The notes beneath the pieces were generated by a model. That model searched no databases, was not told the DNA's origin, and was given only the letters and a program-made list of their open reading frames with translations. Below are positions 12,985 to 26,595 of a stretch of DNA of 64,000 bases, in pieces. Positions within the stretch are counted from its first letter, which is position 1. Each line of letters begins with the position of its first letter. This DNA comes from Podarcis gaigeae (taxonomy: Eukaryota): assembly GCA_964106915.2 (NCBI GenBank), contig OZ066915.1; one strand, given 5' to 3'. The translations under genes and the position numbers were made by a program.

Positions 12985-13150
12985 TAAAATTATTGGCTGA
13001 TGTCCTGTTTCAACTACCAACCCTGTCAGAGGTGAGAACACGAGGAAAGGTTTTTTCAGCTGTTGTGCCCCAACTGTGTCATGCCATTCATAGGAAGGTT
13101 TGCTTGGAGCTGTTTTTGTTATCTGTTAGGCACCAGAGATACTTCTTAAA
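12985..13150 (+). mobile_element. L2 LINE 3' fragment
   Basis: Translation EVRTRGKVFSAVVPQLCHAI resembles the L2 C-terminal RAFSVVAPRLWNAL. Confidence 0.5.
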
Positions 13151-13307
13151 AACAAAGCAAAAAAACCCAAGCATTTTGAATCTCCCAATAAATTTCAAAC
13201 TGAATTTTAATCCACCATTGTCATGCTGAATGTTATTCTATTGTTTTTCTTGTACTTTTGCAACATACATACATGTACTTTTAGCCTTTTAATTTATTAA
13301 GTCTAAT

Positions 13308-13335
13308 ACACACACACACACATACACACACACAC
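13308..13335. repeat. (AC)n microsatellite
   Basis: Read directly, one interruption. Confidence 0.9.
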
Positions 13336-13344
13336 TGTACTTTC

Positions 13345-14131
13345 ATGTTCTGGTCAGATGCTGCTTCCCACAGAGAAGGCGATTCAGAAGGTCAGGACCA
13401 TGGATAGCTCTGAATGAGCAGTTTGCTCCAACAGAAGTTGCAAGCAATCTGAGGCCTTGTAAACCACTGCCTCTAGACTATCTCTTATTGGAGACTTCCG
13501 GCATTGCCGCCATGGTGAACAGTGGATCCCATGATAGTGGATGCCAGCCGTGCAGTTAATTGAGGATAATCTGGGAGTAATTATCCTGACAAGCACCCCC
13601 CCCGGGTCGAAGGGGGGGGGAGAGCTTTCACTCGCAGGAGTCATGGCTGGACGCTGGAATACTTTCGGTTTTGGAAAGGCAAAATGGAGAAGTTGTGGCG
13701 TAATGAGAATTGAGTCCTTGAAGGAGGGGCAATGTTGAAGAGGATTGATTGATTATAACATGAAGGAAAGGATGAATGTAAACAAATATTTCACACAGAA
13801 AACTACAGGATATAAATTCCTATTGCAAGTTAATGTATATGTCTTTGTTAAATACGAACAAAAGTCATCACACCAGTGGCTGCTAAAATAAAGGATTAAG
13901 ATCGGAATTGTTGTATTTGGAATAATTAAGGGAATTGGAGCAGGACCAAGGAATAACATCAACTCCTGATAACTGGAAAACGGGAAGTCATCCAAAAATG
14001 TTGAATTCGGAACTGATTAATTGGCTCTTTTGATTGTATTATGATTTGGGATGATTAGGTATTGTATTAATGTGGCCTCCATTGGACTGTTATTAATGAA
14101 AATCTAATAAAAGTTACTTAAAAAAATAAAA
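13345..14131 (+). mobile_element. Unclassified poly(A)-tailed retroposed insert, possibly a non-autonomous L1 derivative
   Basis: AATAAA at 14106-14111 followed by an A-tract at 14120-14131; gggaagtc and a T-rich L1-like 3' UTR; CpG-richer 5' half; degenerate candidate TSD acacactgtacttt / acagactgttcctt. Confidence 0.45.
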
Positions 14132-15473
14132 CAGACTGTTCCTTAGTGGCAATACCTCCTTGTTGAGAACTTCAGATTCTTAAAGGGACAAACCACTGGT
14201 CTAAAGATAGGCATTCCTCCCCCATTCCCTAGCCTTCCATTTGGTGCATGTTCTGTGCCACTGTATCAGTGAAGTAATGTGGGAGGCACAAGACCCAGAG
14301 GGTCCTGGCTCTGGTTTTGTAGGCCTGGTGGTATGGAAGGCTGTTCTGTGAGCTCTTGTTTGAAAGTCTCAGGAACAGTGGTCTCCTGGGCTCCAGCAAC
14401 GAGCTCAAGGCATGAGAGCAGAGAAATAATTCACAACCTGCACTGCTGCAATTTAATCTTACTCATAGATTTGAACAGTCATACCATTTTATTGTTAGAG
14501 TCAAGAGGCGGCTGTTGTATGATGATTAGTTCACTGAAACAAGCAAAAATAAATAAATAAATACTTTAAATACTTTTCAAAATTTCATTGGAAATGCCAG
14601 GCAAAACTGCGTCTCTACTCAGTTTTTTGTTCCTTAGTTTGGAAGGTTCTAGATATTTGTAGTTTCTTTCAGTGGATGGGATTTGTTAGACCTGCCTTTT
14701 ACATGAACAGATAATAATAATAATACTTGTTTCTGAAGTTTGACCTGCAAGATACAAAAAGGTAGCAGTCTGCAAATATATAGGTATTGTGCAACTACTG
14801 TTTTTGTTGTGTATTGGTTTGCAGTGCTTTCTATGCCTGGATACTTTGTGATGAATAACAAACATCAGCAGTGCAGATTTAGAAAAGTTCTTGCCAAGAC
14901 TATGCAGCAAATACTCTTGGCAACTTCTGCTGCAGGGATAGTATTAGCACTGAAAAGGAAAATAGCACAGATTGAAAAGCCAGTAAGCATCCTTCATTAG
15001 AATTTTTTGACTTTACATGTAGATGAATGGTACCAAACTGGTGAAATTTCAGTTGTTTGGTGTAACTTGTGCTTCAGAATTCTGAAATTAGAGTTCTTTC
15101 TTTTTCTTTTTCTTTTTAAACCTGATAAAGAAACATGTAACATGCTGAAGCTTGATTTTCGTTTTGATAAAACTACGGTTTGGTGTTAAATAGAGGCAGA
15201 ATAGTAGGATCCCATGACTAATTAATAGGAACAAAGATCTAGCAGCACTTTTGACACCTTTAAAGGGTATAGAATACAGTGAGTGTCCCCCTCAAATGAG
15301 CAAAATTGGTCAGGTGAAAAATGCAAGATGGCAGTCATAAATAATTATTTTAATTCATTTTCCCATCTCCTTTGCATTCAGTTATAATATAATGCTGGAA
15401 GTTACTATTGTCTATAGCTGCAACCACTAGAAAATCACCAGTAAGTTCTTGTGGACATATCTTTAAATGTCAT

Positions 15474-15550
15474 GTTGTTGTTTAGTCGTTTAGTCGTGTC
15501 CGACTCTTTGTGACCCCATGGAACAGAGCACACCAGGCACTCCTGTCTTC
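15474..15550 (-). mobile_element. BovB (RTE) LINE, extreme 3' end only
   Basis: (CAA)n tail and gagtcggacacgactaaac; near-identical to 33154-33230; TSD tctttaaatgtcat at 15460-15473 and 15549-15562. Confidence 0.92.
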
Positions 15551-15965
15551 TTTAAATGTCATACTTGCCCATGAACATAGTTGCCCATGCATTTTGAGGC
15601 CGTCTTGGTAGCTCATCCCAGATTTATTGTTTCTGTAATCTGCAACTCCTGGTCAGTCCATGGAAAATCACTCATATAGCAGCCTGAAAATATGTTTGCT
15701 TCCCAGTGGTGAATAAAACCATTAGTGATATCAGTACTATAATCTGTGCTTCCTCACAGCCATGGTATTTATACATAGATAGACTATTTACATAGAGTTA
15801 TATAGTATTTCTAACACCTATTACCTTATTATCTAACATGCCAGATTTCCTTGCTTCCTACACAGAATTTTGCCTTAAGGCTGTCCACTCAGACTGTTGC
15901 TAACCAACGTTTTACTTACTTTGTGTTTGTTCAACAGTGCCAGCTCATATTTCTGGATATATGTC

Positions 15966-15967
<2 letters not shown>

Positions 15968-16012
<45 letters not shown>
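15968..16012. repeat. (GA)n microsatellite
   Basis: Read directly. Confidence 0.97.
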
Positions 16013-16014
<2 letters not shown>

Positions 16015-16449
16015 GTTTTTCCTAACAACCCCCTTGACTCATGTAATAGAATGAGGAAACTTGGCACTTACAGCTTTTCAAATTCATCACCTGATGAGAT
16101 GTGACAGTAGATGCGCCATAGCCTCCGAGAGGCCTCTACTGGCATCCCTTTTGACATATTGCAGTAACATGGCAGCTGTCAGCTTTGTTTTATAATGCTA
16201 TAATTACTAATACTAGAATCCTAAACATTTTTATTAAAAGAATAGAAGTAAACATTTTCTATTAGGATCACACAGTGCTGAACAAAGCAGTACAGCCTTT
16301 TTAAAATGCAGCAACAACCAAACCCCGATGCAATAAATTCTTGAAAATTAAAATGAGAATTCACTATGCAGGTTGCTCTTCCACTGCCACTGGAATGAAG
16401 ATTGAGTGGGGTGGAAGGTGGGGGAGAAGGTAGGGCACAGCATCTCATG

Positions 16450-16820
16450 GTAAAAGGTAAAGAACCCCCAGATGGTTAAGTCCAGTCAAAGGTGGCTATG
16501 GGGTATGGAGCTCATCTCGCTTTTCAGGCCAAGGAAGCCACAGACAGCTTTCTGGGTCATGTGGCCAGCATAACTAAACTGCTTCTGGTGTAATAGAACA
16601 TGACAGAAGCCAGAGCATACAGAAATGCCATTACCATCCTGCCTCATCGGTACCTATTTATCTACTTGCACTGGTATGTTTTTGATCTGCTAGGTTGGCA
16701 GAAGCTGGGACAGAGCAACAGGAGCTCACCCCATCACGTGGATTCGAACTAACAACCTTCCGATCAACAAGTCCAAGAGGCTCAGTGGTATAGACCACAG
16801 CGCCACCCCACCCGCATCCC
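16450..16820 (-). mobile_element. Sauria SINE, variant subfamily
   Basis: Tail and body homologous to the other copies, with diagnostic 'gtccagtcaaagg' and 'caagaggctcagtgg'; TSD agcatctcatg at 16439-16449 and 16822-16832. Confidence 0.93.
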
Positions 16821-19472
16821 TAGCATCTCATGATCCTTAGAGCATTGGACAATTCCAAAAGCCTTTATGTGTCCTTCTATAGCCCAGGCTCCCTGACCAG
16901 CAAGGCCCTAGAGCTAGCCAAAAATCAGAGAGTTTCCAGATTTCCTTGATTGTAGCAAGGATCCCAGGAGACTCTGGTTGCAGGAAAGCCTAGTGCCAGG
17001 ATTTCTACTTAATTTGTGGAACAGAGAAGATTGGGAATAGTACCTTTTCTCAATGCCCATATGGAAACAGAAGCACTGAAACATTCCTGTGTTTCTTTGC
17101 CTTTGAATGCTTCAGGACTTGGTTCTTTTTATTTATGACCTGGTGCAGAGAGATGCAACTGACATCTTGTTGAGGCCCACCAACTTTGGGTTTTGGTCCC
17201 ACCCACTTTGCACTGTTCAGGCCCTACACATTTTCTTGGGGGGGGGGGGCTCCCCACCCCTACATAAAACAGCAGATCGACAAAGTGAGCCAATGACAAA
17301 AAAACCATTAAGCCATCAGCAATTAAAAGAGAGAGACCGAGAGCTGCTACCAAGGTAGTGTTTAAATCAGGCCCTTTCCACTTAGTAATTTTCTGTGTGG
17401 AACCATTACTCAGTTTCTTTATTAAGGGTATATGCAGATTCATTTCAAGAGTTTTAGAAGATTTTCTCAGAACATAATTTATTTTCTATTTGAAACATCA
17501 GAGCTGACAGAAATATTGTTCCAATATTGACTGTGTATATAGCAGTATTTTTCTATGCCTGCAGGATAATAAACAAAGCAAGTTATTTCACACTCCCAGC
17601 TTGGCATTTGGATATTTATGTATATTGGAGAAAGTTATTCTCTTGGTAACAGCACCTTGAGTATATTTTAGGAATTATAAGTACATTTATGCTTACACAT
17701 TTTTTTCTTTGGCTGTTGGGTGTAGAGCTAAAAAGAACTGAAATAACAAGACAGCAGCATTATCAGTATGGCAGGATTTAATATTGTACAATTGAAAAAC
17801 TGAGATTGGAAACATTTTGTAGCTCATATTCAAAAGTGTTTAAGGGGTTCTTAATGATTGTGGCTCTTTTAGTATTGAAAATAAATGACCTGACACAGCA
17901 ATGCAGATGTTTGAATAAAGTGTAGTTGTTTTAAAAATGGTCTAAGTGAAGTAGCTTTCATAACGTTCCATGCACCTCATTTTAGCATTTTAGTATTTTA
18001 CAGTCAGAACAAAAACATTTTTAAACAACAACAACAACACCACACATTTAAAATAAGTTTAATAGGTAGTTTTCTATCTGAAAAGGATGAAGACATGGCA
18101 TTTATTCCAATAAACTCAAGGAGACCCACATTCAAGCCAACAAAGACAGAAAAGAGGAGTGGAAGATCTAAGGTCAAATTAAAATTTGCAAAAAGCAGAA
18201 ACTGCAGAAAGCAGTCCTAACCATTAAAACTGGAGCAGGCTGCCAAAGCTTGGTGGTAAACTGGCAGAAGTAAATTTCAGCTTAGAAGCAAGATGGGACA
18301 AGCCTGGAAAGAACCAGCAGAATGGCCTTCTTATAGGGCTCAAGACCCTCTTAGCAAATATGTGTGTTTGTGTACAGAGGTTATTCTTTGTTCCCCACAG
18401 CTGCCCAGAGCTGAGAATGCACTTTCTTGTAGAGGCTCAAATTTGCATATTCTAAACAACACTGGGAAAACAATTCACATATGTATGTGCTGCTGCTTGT
18501 TTAAGAATTTGTGAAGGATATTTGAAGTGTTAAGGATTGATCATCTGTCCAGCTGCTCACAGTGCTATGCAGGTGAGGGCCTCTGGCAGATGTCAACTCA
18601 TCAGGGCTGCTGGCGGATGCATGAGTTGTCATCGTTCTGTGTGATGTAGGAATCAGGCTTTAGTGTGCTAGCACATACCCTTTGGAACTCCTTTCTGTTA
18701 TGTATCAGACAGACACTTTCAATACTGCCTTTCTGCTGTCTATTGAAGACCTTCCTTTTTCAACAAGCCTTCAACAAGTTCTCTCTCTCTCTCTCTCTGA
18801 GCTGTTATTTTACCAAACATTGAACAGAGAAGGTAGAAATAAGTTTTTGGTTTGTCAGTTTTCCATTTCAGTATAATCAGTCTTCCTCTGCTCTAAATCG
18901 TCAATCAGCGATTATTCCTTCTGCTCCCATAATCAGGCTATTTGTATGCTGATCATTTGTCTCTACAGCAACTCACTATCATATTGCAATGCACTGCTGC
19001 TATTTTGAGATGGTGCCCAAATCATCATATTTATAGTTTATCTTTTAGGTGTTATGCCATAATTTTACTTGGAATTATGTAAATCCACATAGTCAGCAAA
19101 ACCATCTGAAAAAGGAAATCAATAAGTTTTGTTTTCTCCTGCAAGGTGTCTGATCACCAACACGTGCCTAATTATTCATGCTTTCTGCCAACTGTCATTA
19201 GGTGCTGAAAGGCATTCTGAATGTCTGCAACCAAAGGTTTAAATGGTCTAATCTTAACAACTGAAGCGCAACAAATTTTCACTGGCTATTTTTTTAAAAT
19301 GACAACAATTTTTTTTTATTAACTCAGTTTAGATTAAATGTTACTTGAAACCAGAAAATAAACTGAAATAGCAGTAACTTTCCAATGCTTTAGAAATAGG
19401 ATGTATTGTATTGTACAGGTAGTGACTCTTGCAAACCTACGTCCTTTTTAAAGTGAAGTACTGTGGTATAAC

Positions 19473-19827
19473 GGGACACGGGTGGCGCTGTGGGTTAAAC
19501 CACAGAGCCTAGGACTTGCCGATCAAAAGGTCAGCAGTTCAAAAATCTGTGACGGTGTGAGCTCCCGTTGCTCAGTCCCTGCTCCTGCCAACCTAGCAGT
19601 TCGAAAGCACATCAAAGTGCAAGTAGATACATAGGTACCGCTCCAGCGGGAAGGTAAATGGCATTTCTGTGCTCTGCTCTGGTTCGCCAGAAGTGGCTTA
19701 GTCATGCTGGCTACATGACCCAGAAGCTGTACGCCGGCTCCCTCGGCCAATAAAGCGAGATGAGCACCGCAACTCCAGAGTCGGTCACGACTGGACCTTA
19801 TGGTCAGGGGTCCCTTTACCTTTACCT
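19473..19827 (+). mobile_element. Sauria SINE, full length
   Basis: tRNA-like head (A box tggcgctgtgg), BovB-like tail gagtcggtcacgactgg, (ACCTTT)n end; perfect 14 bp TSD tactgtggtataac at 19459-19472 and 19828-19841. Confidence 0.96.
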
Positions 19828-21068
19828 TACTGTGGTATAACAGCTCTAGGTAATGCTGCACAAACAACATTTTACTTCCACAGTGGGACTTCCTCCTCCC
19901 TCCATGCACTCCCAAATTTGCTCCAGAGTATCCCCTAACTCAATCTTGTGTTGCTTATGACATGAGAAAGAATGGGACAGAGTGAAATCCAGGAAAACTC
20001 AGTGTGAGGCAGATTTTCCAAATACTGGGGTTGGGGGAAGCTCATGATATTCAAGATTTCAGTATCTGTGCTCTATAACTGAAAAATATTTCTAGATCTT
20101 TGACCTAGATACATTTGAAGGCTGTTCTTGTTATTGCTGCTGCTTCCAATATGTTTCCTGAATTTTCTTTGCTATGAAACTTGCAGTGTTAAAATAGCAA
20201 TTTGTCATTATCAGAGACTACAACTTGTTTGTTTATATTTTACTTTAGGACCCACATACCATTGTATGAATACCAGGCAACCATTAGATTACATGCTTAT
20301 GGTAAGTTTTCTATTTCTTCAGCATGCTTCATGGCCTTGATGTCATTGCTTACATTCATTAATTATGCTCATTATGCTCATTGAGTGCAGTTTATCATTT
20401 AAATAATCCCTCGAAACCACTTGAAGAATATCTGAGACTGATACTTCCCAGCTTAAGTACATCCAATTAAGTATATCTTGGTGCTTTTTTTGGCTGTAGT
20501 ACCATATATTTGGAATGCCATTGCCAGAGAGGAGCTTCTCTGATGCCACCTTGGATATGTTTTTCTGTCCTTTTGTTGTTTTAATTGCTTTGAATGTTGC
20601 ATTCTATTGCATTCTTTTCATCCTGTTAGCTCATGCTGAATGCTGAACAACCAATTTAATTAATAAAAAAGTTATTCTTGTGTTGCTGCAATGTTCAAGT
20701 TCAAAAACATATTAAATGTGCATTATTAGTATACTGATATAATAAACTGCCTTGACATGGGAGTGGGGCCTAAACCAATCTGTTTCATACACAGTTTATG
20801 CACACAAAGGAGTCTCATAGGCTTAATAGAGCTGTTTACCACCCACCCCCCATGCTTGCACACAGGTCACTCTGCTTTATCTCTCTCCCCCACCTTTGTG
20901 AGTGCAATGAAGCAGTGCAAAGGATCATTAAGGGGAACAAGAGATCGGGGGGGGGGGGACACTTCCACATGGCAGCTTACTGTGAACAGTGCTGCTGTAA
21001 AATGCAAATTTCATGTAGTGTTTACCGGTATATGACATTACCTTCATCAAAAATGTTGATGCCCAATA

Positions 21069-21316
21069 CAGTGGCACCTCAGATTAAGAACTTAATTCGT
21101 TCCAGAGGTCCGTTCTTAACCTGAAACTGTTCTTAACCTGAAGCACCACTTTAGCTAATGGGGCCTCCTGCTGCTGCCATGCCGCTAGAACATGATTTCT
21201 GTTCTCATCCTGAAGCAAAGTTCTTAACCCGAGGTACTATTTCTGGGTTAGCAGAGTCTGTAACCTGAAGCGTCTATAACCTGAAGCGTCTATAACCTGA
21301 ACTCGAGGTACCACTG
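21069..21316. mobile_element. Tc1/mariner (pogo/Tigger-like) MITE
   Basis: TIRs cagtggcacctc / gaggtaccactg; TA on both sides (21067-21068 and 21317-21318); repeated subterminal taacctgaa motifs. Confidence 0.92.
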
Positions 21317-21489
21317 TATTCTTTTTTTCAATGTGATCCCAATTTACCATTTTTGTGCAAAATCCAATAACTAAAAAAACTGAAACCATGTGGAAATGGT
21401 AAATCCAGATTAAATGGGGAAGAAAAGTATGGAATCATGATTATCATTATTATATTTACAAGATGTCAATTGCAAAGAAGTGTGGAGCC

Positions 21490-21630
21490 AGCATATGATG
21501 AAATTGTACAATGGAAGCATGAGATGCACTTTGGTGGGGAGGGAATTCCACAATTTAGGGGCTGCCATGGAGAATGCCCTGTCCCCGGTCACTACCCCAG
21601 AACCTCTGAGGTGGTGGAACTACCAAGAGG
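21490..21630 (-). mobile_element. L2 LINE 3' ORF2 fragment
   Basis: ORF 21410..21592(-) reads GDRAFSMAAPKLWNSLP, the L2 C-terminal motif. Confidence 0.8.
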
Positions 21631-21849
21631 GCTCCAAAGGGTGTAGCGTGGTTAGCCAGTGCCTAGGGCATGCACACACTGGGGGTGCAGGGTGCAGAGG
21701 GTGAATGGAGCATGACATGAATCTGTATCTGGTTAAATTTATTACTGGAATAGGAGAGACTGAACATCTTTTAACAGCTACTGAGCCCTTTTCAATAAAT
21801 AGAAATAACATTTATACTTAATATTGCAGGTTATATAGACACATGCAGT

Positions 21850-21851
<2 letters not shown>

Positions 21852-21887
<36 letters not shown>
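21852..21887. repeat. (GT)18 microsatellite
   Basis: Read directly. Confidence 0.97.
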
Positions 21888-21892
<5 letters not shown>

Positions 21893-22029
21893 TTAAATCA
21901 GTAACCCTTTTAAAAATAGCACTGAAAACACTGAAAACAATTTAAAAGCAAGCACGTGCGTGCGCACTCCCCCCCAAAGTACAACACCCAGCCTCTGAAG
22001 ATTGCCCCAATAGCCAGTTAGTGGCCAAA

Positions 22030-22420
22030 GCCCTGCCTTAACAAAAAAATATTTGTGTTAGGAAAAGGAAAGCAGAGAAAAGGTCATCTTAGTTTCCTGT
22101 GAAAGGCAGTTCCACAATCTGGGGCAGCCACTATGCTCACTGTCCTCTCCAGATGTGCCTTTGAAGGTGGTGGGGCCAAAGCCCACCTGAAGATCTCAAA
22201 GCCTGGGTAGGCTCATATAGCCTGGACCCAAATCTTCAAATCTTCAAATAACCTGGACCTGAGCCATATATGGTTTAATATGTCATAACCAGCACTTTGA
22301 TTTCTGCCCAGAAAGGGACCAGTAGCCAGTGGAGCTGTTGTAATAAAGACCTGTTCTTCTAGTAACCAGCTCCAGTCAGCAATTTGTTCATTCAATGCAA
22401 GCATTTCAGCTTGCCAGATG
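22030..22420 (-). mobile_element. Decayed L2 LINE fragment
   Basis: 'aggcagttccacaatctggggcagccac' parallels the L2 piece at 21535-21570; boundaries approximate. Confidence 0.5.
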
Positions 22421-22424
22421 GAAT

Positions 22425-22570
22425 GATTCGCCATCTCCTGCCCCTTATGTGCTATTCTGGGCTTTTTTGGGGGTGGGGCAGCGTGGGTATGCAGTGGAAG
22501 GTGAGGAGGGAAAGCCCCATTGTGCTAGTGGAAGTCCTTATGTGGGCTTCTACCAATGGGCCTTGTTAGT
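22425..22570. repeat. Unclassified dispersed semi-palindromic repeat (GAAAGCCCCATTGTGCTAG family)
   Basis: The same motif occurs at about 54490-54510 and 58573-58600; looser relatives at about 19870-19930, 26275-26425 and 63700-63890. Confidence 0.5.
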
Positions 22571-23716
22571 TTAATTTGGCCCATGGCTTTTACTGGAAGA
22601 TGCACAGCGGACAAGCAGAAATTCATTTGCCATATAAATTGTGAGTTGACTTTTGGCATCTAAGAATAAAACAATATTGTGCCCTTTATCACATTGAATA
22701 ATTGGACTGCTGCAATGTCATCTTCTTTCCTTTACTGGTGTGATGAATTTGTGCCAGAGTGCTGGCCAGGAATAGCAACCCTATATATGCTAGTCATTGA
22801 CCTCTTTCTGTGAAGATTGTAGACAGTAAACAGCTTTTCCTGGATGACAGGATAAGGATTGCTAGGATTGGGGAGGGGCAAGGGGAAGGCCAAGGTTTTA
22901 AGGCCAGCCGTGATCTTTTAATCTTCTTCACTGGTTCACTTTAAGTTCAGTCAGCCATTGGAAACTCCACATGAGACTGTCAGGGTAATTAATAGACTTA
23001 TTTAGTGAAATTCCTTGATGTACTTTCCATTGGCCCATTTAGGTAGGAAGACACAACACCGAATCACACCATTTCCATTAGCAGCTAGAGGCAGTAATAT
23101 TATAACAAAAAATATTACACTAGGTTATGCTTTATTTATATGCCATCTTTTGTCCCAAAGGCCCCCAAAGGGATGAAAGGCTTATTAATACAAAATAAAT
23201 ATGCACTAAATGCACAATAAACAAAACAATCAAAACAATATAAATGAGTAAAGTCATAAAATAGCCAGTAACCATGCAGCTTTGTATTAGGAATGCCAGT
23301 TAATCCTTTGGAAAACAGACAAACAAAACAACAACAACCTACAAATCAAGCCACACTTATTTCTTACCTCCCTCCTGTTGGTCACTGGCAGGGACAGGTT
23401 CCACCAACAGGTTCTTACCCTGGGACAGAAACAATTTTTCTCTCCCACTGCAGCCAACCATTTGTGGAAGTGCATGCCTTCTGAGAAAATAATATACTAA
23501 GGAAAGTTAGGTTGTTGTAGATAAAGGGAATTTATTGGGTTTCTTTGATATGTTGATTCCATGACTAGATTCCAGCTAAAGTGGACCAAGGTGGGAGAAG
23601 CAGCAAGTCCTCAGAGGGAAGCCAGGAGATGGACGATTGTTCAGCTAGGCACTCTCAGTTCACAAAAGAGTTTAGAAAGAAGGAGAAAAATAAAAACAGG
23701 TTTTCAGAATAAGAGC

Positions 23717-23864
23717 CAGTGCTTTGTTTCTAAAAAAAAGTGTTTTGGGGCACTCTCATTTTCCTGCTCATATTGAAATACTGCCCCTCAGTGAGGCCAA
23801 ACTTAGATTCACAAAATGTTTAGGGGTATGCGTCCCCCTGCGTCCCCCCAGAAAAAAAGCACTG
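23717..23864. mobile_element. hAT MITE, 148 bp
   Basis: TIRs cagtgctttgtttct / agaaaaaaagcactg; perfect 8 bp TSD ataagagc at 23709-23716 and 23865-23872. Confidence 0.93.
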
Positions 23865-25156
23865 ATAAGAGCTATAAATAGCAAGCAATGAGAACAAAGG
23901 ATAACAGAAAGGAATTAAAAATTGATTCTTCATGAAAGACAAGAGGAAAATGTTAACATGTCACCCTCTGCTCCAACCTGGTGCCCTTTAGATGTGGTTC
24001 AACAACAATTCAGAGAGCCCTAGCTGATCAGGCCTCTGTGAAAGGTCAACCAGGTCGATACAATTAGTTTTAGTCAGTTTTTGCTATAAAAAAATGGTGG
24101 CATTCTCAATGTTTTTCTTATGCAGGTCATTTTTGGGATGTAAGAAGCAAGAGGCAATAATCCTGCCAGCTTAATTCATGCTTGTCTTCTTCATTTCCAA
24201 GACTGGAATGCAGAACCAAATAAACTTTACTAGGCTATTATTCAGACTGAGACTGAAGGGATAATTCATTTTATCTTGCCAATTTGTCTGTAATAGTTTT
24301 TAAAAGGAGAAAAAAAATTCAACTAAAAAGCAGTATTAGGTGCCTGGCAAAGAAAACACTATTTTGCTCAAAGGCAATTCTAAACCAGAGAATTAGTTTT
24401 CTGCATAATCAGATCACAATAGTTGAAAGCATTGTTCTCCTCCTCATTACATTTCACAAATTATGATGCCAAGGACACATGCTCCTGAGTCATTTCAGGG
24501 GAGTTCCAGTGGCTGAGATCCAACAAAACATGGTGGTGTGGAAGCAGATCACACTCAAGGTTGTAGGTTTCCTACAAATTTCTACTGTGGCTGTTCTTCA
24601 GTGTTGAAGAGACAAGCTGCATTGCAAAATGCGAAGTAGTATACTTCAACAATGTGAAATGCTGTTTGTAATTATCTATGCATGGGTATAGCTTTGTTGG
24701 CTTCTAGAAATTACCAATCATAAGGCTGCATATTTAAATTCTAACCATCTTCCACACAGTGGAGGAATGCAAACTTGTGTGTATTTATTGTTCACTATGG
24801 GTAGTGGTGGTTTTTTTTTGAAAACTCAGCAAATTTTTGTTTTCCAACATTTTCAGTCAGTGGATAGAAACTTAGAATGTTATTTTGGATTTAACAAAAC
24901 AAAAACTGGGAGCATATTTACCAAATGTTACTGGTAAATGGTTGGCAGTAGGTCATTAAGGTAAACTGATGCCGCTAAACAAGAACCTCCAAGAATTGTG
25001 TGATATCCCCAAAATTAGGGGCATACTTCTGGTCTGTGTTTTATGTGTTCTAGTCTAGGTTTTATATAAAGCTCAAGGGCCCTGGAGACCAGACTGAAGT
25101 AGTTGAAGTAAAAGACTTCTGGTGAGCATTTTCTCATGTCTAATATGTTTTTGAGA

Positions 25157-25328
25157 TAGGGCTGCCGTACATCCGAAATTTCTTGGATATTACTGGGATT
25201 TCAAAGGCGGAATTGACATCTGGGGGGAATTTCCAAAATTTGTCCTGGATCTTAGGCAAGTCAATTGAATAAAGCCCAACAACCTTCGGGGTGTCATGGT
25301 TTTTACTTTTTGAACTTTAGCAACCCTA
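25157..25328. mobile_element. hAT (Blackjack-like) MITE
   Basis: TIRs tagggctgcc / tagcaacccta; TSD ttttgaga / gtttgaga (7 of 8 match). Confidence 0.8.
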
Positions 25329-26545
25329 GTTTGAGATTGTTCGGATTAAAGTGGTTTGGACACTGTCCTTCATGAAAAGAATGCAAAACCTCCAATAATG
25401 ATGGGAAATGTTTATTTATAATTCAATATGACCAACATTTGTGCTGTGAGCTTCAATACAGTTCAACACAAATTTGTATGATCATTCTTTTTTTTTTTAA
25501 CCAGTAACAAAGGTTACTTGCCCCTTCAAAAATCCCAAATATTAAAGGAAACCAAACAGCAACAACATCCCCTTCTCTATCACTGGATACAGTAATGTAC
25601 TATTAATTACCAAACCCTAGTAGATAACCAGTTGCAAGAGAGGTGGTTCTGATAAAAGACACCACTTTATTATGGGTTTATAGTCTGTTCTCTGAGTATA
25701 CAGCAGCAACAACTGTGAATACCAAACTGGATGGCTCTGAAAGGAAATAGAAGTATTAGTTGTCATTTTAACATCTCATTAATTTTAATAGATTTGTTAT
25801 TTTCCAAACCTGACCAGGTGTTATAATTCATCTTCCGAATTATGATTTATGGAATTAGTAGATTCTCATTATCCAAAGTCATTTCCTTTACTTTTAATTT
25901 GCTGTAATGTAATTTCAATTAGGTGTAGTCTTGAAAAACTGACTGCAATTTATGTGTCTGATGTAGGAAAACAATAAAACATACTTCCCCTCCATAATAT
26001 AACAATTAAGGCTTGCCATTGTTTCATGACTTGGCTTAAAATTAGACATGTTGCACAGGGCCACTATTTTGTTAGGGTTATCTTAAAGTTATTATTATTA
26101 TTTTATTGTTGTTGTTAATTTTATTATTGCATATTTAAATCACCCTTCATCTATTTAGATCCCATGTTTGTTTATAAAACAATGAAATAAAATGAAATAA
26201 AAGCAAGTATATCACAAAACAAATAATGAAACATATTGGGACAGAGTCTACTAAATAGTTGTGCTAGGAGGAGCCATTACAGTGAGCACTGCTAGTGTGA
26301 CAGGGCTTGCCCCATCCTCCCCCCATGACTCCCCCCCCCCCAAATTGGCTCAGGATGGTTGGGAGTACCTTGAGAACAGTGTGCAGAGGGAGGGGAGGGG
26401 AGATTGTGCAGTGCACTGATGGAATTCCACCCAAACAAATCAAATCAAATAACATATAGTCATAACCAGTATCAGCACAGCAGTGACAGCATACTGGTTG
26501 TTGCCCTCCAGCAAACCTTAAACTCTCAAAGGCCTGAAGGAAAAG

Positions 26546-26595
26546 ATGCTTCAGGAATATAAGGCTTATATATGCTTCAGGAATATAAGGCTTAT
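26546..26595. repeat. 24 bp tandem duplication (atgcttcaggaatataaggcttat)
   Basis: Two exact copies with period 26. Confidence 0.95.

Noticed and set aside
16125-16145. CTCF-like ccagtagaggcc on the minus strand
   Set aside because: It has a mismatch in the conserved GGC core; too weak to call.
19473-19560. tRNA gene (A and B boxes)
   Set aside because: It is the tRNA-derived head of a Sauria SINE, with no cloverleaf; the same applies to the other copies.
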